NCBI RefSeq assembly: GCF_902713615.1
Contig: NC_052148.1
Location: 134,404,569-134,468,568 of the forward strand
DNA length: 64,000 nt
Source: Scyliorhinus canicula
Taxonomy: Eukaryota
Direction: 5' to 3'
Part shown: piece by piece, positions 61,320-64,000 of the stretch
Numbering within the stretch: position 1 is the first letter of the stretch
Layout of the letters: each line of letters begins with the position of its first letter
Notes under the pieces: model-generated
The model's database searches: none
The model's input: the letters and a program-made list of their open reading frames with translations, nothing else
Told to the model about the DNA's origin: nothing
Made by a program: the position numbers and the translations under genes

Positions 61320-62620
61320 GGGGACGGTGAGGCCATGAAAAATGCGAAAACGAGAATTTGAAAATCAAGGAGCAGCAAGCAAGGGGTGATTGGTAACCAA
61401 GATTAGATGCGAGTTGGAACAGAGGGAGCAGAGTTATGTACAATGGCATGATATTCAAATAAACGGGCAAGATCAACACAATGAGATCTGGACAGTACTT
61501 GCAGACAATGAAGCCATATAATTACAACATAGTGCTTTGAATGTAGTAAGATATCCCAAAGCAGTATAAACAAAATATGACACCAAGTCACATGCGGAGT
61601 ATTAGGGTAGACAACCAAAAGCTTAATCAAAGATGTAGGTTTTAAGGAGTGTCTTTAAAAAGAGGACAGTGAGGTAGAGTGTTTAGGAAGGAAATTCCAG
61701 AGCTTAGGGCCCAAGCACATAAAGACAGTCACCAACAGTGAAGCAATTAAAACCCAGGTGCTCAAAAAGCCACACTTAAGAGGAACTAAGATAACTCAAG
61801 GAGAGTTTTTGTGGCACAATGGGTAGCATCCCTGGTTCTGAGTCAGAAGCTCCAGGTTTGAGTCCCACCCCAGGACTTGGTGGCCAAGGAAAGTGTTCAT
61901 AAAATGGCTAAACAAGTTAATTAGCAATCTGCAAAATCTTGCGACATACACTAGTGGCATGCGGTTGGAGCGGGAGAGATTCCGAGTTAGCCATGTGATG
62001 GAAAGAAAGTTCGAGCCCTACCATCACTATCCATGGCTCCAGACTACAACATGTAAAAGTGCATGTTTCATAGCAACTCAGACTCCATGAGCGATCTGTA
62101 GGACACCACCATCAGATACCTCGAGCGGGTTGTGAGGCTGGATTACAAGATGGGGAAGGGGGAGGCCATGAAAGAAGGTGAAAACAAGAATTTGAAAATA
62201 GAGGTGCAGCAAGCACGGAGTGATTGGTAACAAAAATTTGAAGCGAGTTAGAACAAAGGGAGCAGAGTTTTAGATGACCTGAAGTTTACAGAGAGTAAAA
62301 AGTAGATTGTCAGCTAGATGTGCACTAGAAGAGTCAAGTGTAGAAGTTACAAACAAGAACATTTATATAGCACCAGTAATAAAACATCCCAAGGCACTTT
62401 ACAGTAGCCTTATGAAACAATCCCCTCAAAAGACGATGCTCAGGCAGATGCGAACGGTTTGGTCAACAATATCGGTTTTAAGGAGCATTTTAAATAAAGA
62501 AAAAAAGGCAGTGAGAGATAATTCCAGAGTTTAGAGCCCTAGCAGTCAACGGTCCTGCCATCAATGGTAGAGCAATTAAAATTGAAGACGTTCAAGAGGC
62601 CAGAATTAGTGGTGTGCAAA
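61320..62620 (-). mobile_element. Old L2-like LINE fragments (two partly overlapping copies) with a plus-strand tRNA-SINE (about 61801-62100)
   Basis: Repeated segments ggccatgaaa...gagcagagtt (about 61330, 62163) and aattccagag..tag.gccc (about 61693, 62520); SINE head gtggcacaatgggtagc...ggtttgagtccc. Similar text occurs at 23920-24000 and 26030-26330. Confidence 0.55.
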
Positions 62621-63740
62621 ATTTGCCGTTGAAATGTGACAAATACCTGCAAGAAATCCAAGGCACGGCAGGAAATTTCAAAATATCAAAAGAAAGGGCA
62701 TTCCTGTGTCTTCTGATTGGAAGAGAAGAGAGACAGAAATTGTAGGAGCTACTGCACCCTCAAATCACAGATTCTGTCTTCCATGTTCACTGTTCCGGTT
62801 CCTGCAATTAAATGTCCCCTCCCTCCCACTCTTGCTTCTCCTCCAGAGACAAAATCTATTATTGGAAGAGCAGCAAGGGCAGAAAGGGAACCAGTGATTG
62901 GAGGTGCAGCAGTTATTCTGGCCCGTTCCACTACTGCCACACAGGAGACTTTGGCTGTGCCTAAGCAATTGCTACAATCAGATGCTGGATGACAAGAGGC
63001 AGTGGCTAGAAACCAAATAATGAGGCATGGAGCAAAGATCAGGTACGGTTACATTTTCACTATATCACATGTTGTTCCATCCAATTTTTTCTATTTATAA
63101 AACTACCTTGTTTGTATCAACTCCAATTTTGATTTACTGTGCCAGTCAATATGTGCAAGTTGCACATTCGGTGTCAAGGCCAAACACAGTGTTCAGGTCC
63201 AGCACCTAGAAGCGAGGAAGTAATTGGAAATGGAATTTTGCAGCCCTGGGGCAGACAGAGATTGTTGGGGGAACTGGGACTGGCTGTTTCAGCCTTCAGA
63301 TATCTTCTCACGGGTAGAGGGACCCTTTATTGTTGCATTACATCTTCAAAAGCGAGATGTGGGGTAAGTTTCCCCTCCCATCATAACTCCCTTTGCAGCT
63401 GGAACCTTTGATATTAAAAAATATCTCTTCTAAGTTGCAGAAGGCAAGAGACAACTGTCAACAGGGCAGATTGTGCGTTACTCGGATGCAGTGTGGCACA
63501 CACGGCAAAGGTCACCTGGGATCTACAGCATTGTGACATGCTACCAGAGATATTGCTTCAATTTCTTCTGGAATAATCTGTTTGACAGCATTCTGCCAAT
63601 GTTTGATTGAATAGCCACTGAAAAATAATTAATTATGCTGATACTTTCTGTGACTGTGGAACACCCCATAAAATGAGTCAAAGACGTACAAAACCATCCA
63701 CCAAACAAATTCTTGAAAGTGAAATTTGGGCCATCCTCAA

Positions 63741-63840
63741 AGCTTTGACAAAGATACCTCCAGACTCGAGAAACGTTAGCTCCCTTTTCTCTCCACAGAT
63801 GACCTGCTGAGATTGCCCAGTATTTTCTGCTTGTTTCAGT
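63741..63840 (+). mobile_element. Penelope-like terminal repeat fragment with decayed hammerhead core
   Basis: agct-ttgacaa-agatacctccagactcga-gaaa-cg-tt-agct with an AACGTT palindrome; the core differs from CUGANGA at two positions. Confidence 0.5.
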
Positions 63841-64000
63841 GGAAAAGCTCCTATTTCCCCAGCACCTCTTTATGATTGATTGAACAAAATCATTTAATGA
63901 GATAATCTATTATTGGTGATGTTGATTGAGAAATAAATGTTGGCCAGGACACGGAGAGTTCCCTTGCTATTCTTTGAATAGCGCCAGAGAATCTTTTACC

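Noticed and set aside
62706-63411. Short overlapping ORFs in apparently non-repeat sequence
   Set aside because: No recognisable domains or paired splice signals; lengths are as expected by chance.

Overview
This is eukaryotic (vertebrate) DNA. The repeat content (HE1/V-SINE-type tRNA SINEs, CR1 LINEs with matching tails) points to a cartilaginous fish, probably a catshark; this is inferred, not verified. The only host-gene sequence I can find is two small minus-strand coding exons of UBE2K (HIP2/E2-25K ubiquitin-conjugating enzyme): a 59-bp exon (20024-20082) and an 83-bp exon carrying the HPN motif and catalytic Cys (15966-16048). Neither is in the ORF track. The rest appears to be UBE2K intron, densely filled with nested transposon relics: CR1, a CR1-Zenon-like family, L1/Tx1-like, L2-like, RTE-like and Penelope-like fragments, a Buster/Charlie hAT, a MITE, probable solo LTRs, several SINE families, tandem repeats and N-gaps. 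No prokaryote-style novel system is present. The most interesting signals are: (1) a LINE that starts with a tRNA-like Pol III head, has no room for ORF1, and has two independent internal-deletion derivatives in the window; (2) minimal hammerhead-ribozyme motifs in Penelope-like fragments, one sense to the UBE2K pre-mRNA; (3) head/core/tail shuffling among SINEs that tracks with target-site signature; (4) a 4-5-layer nested insertion; (5) a locally templated 54-bp insertion. Repeat boundaries were read by eye and are approximate unless a TSD is quoted.
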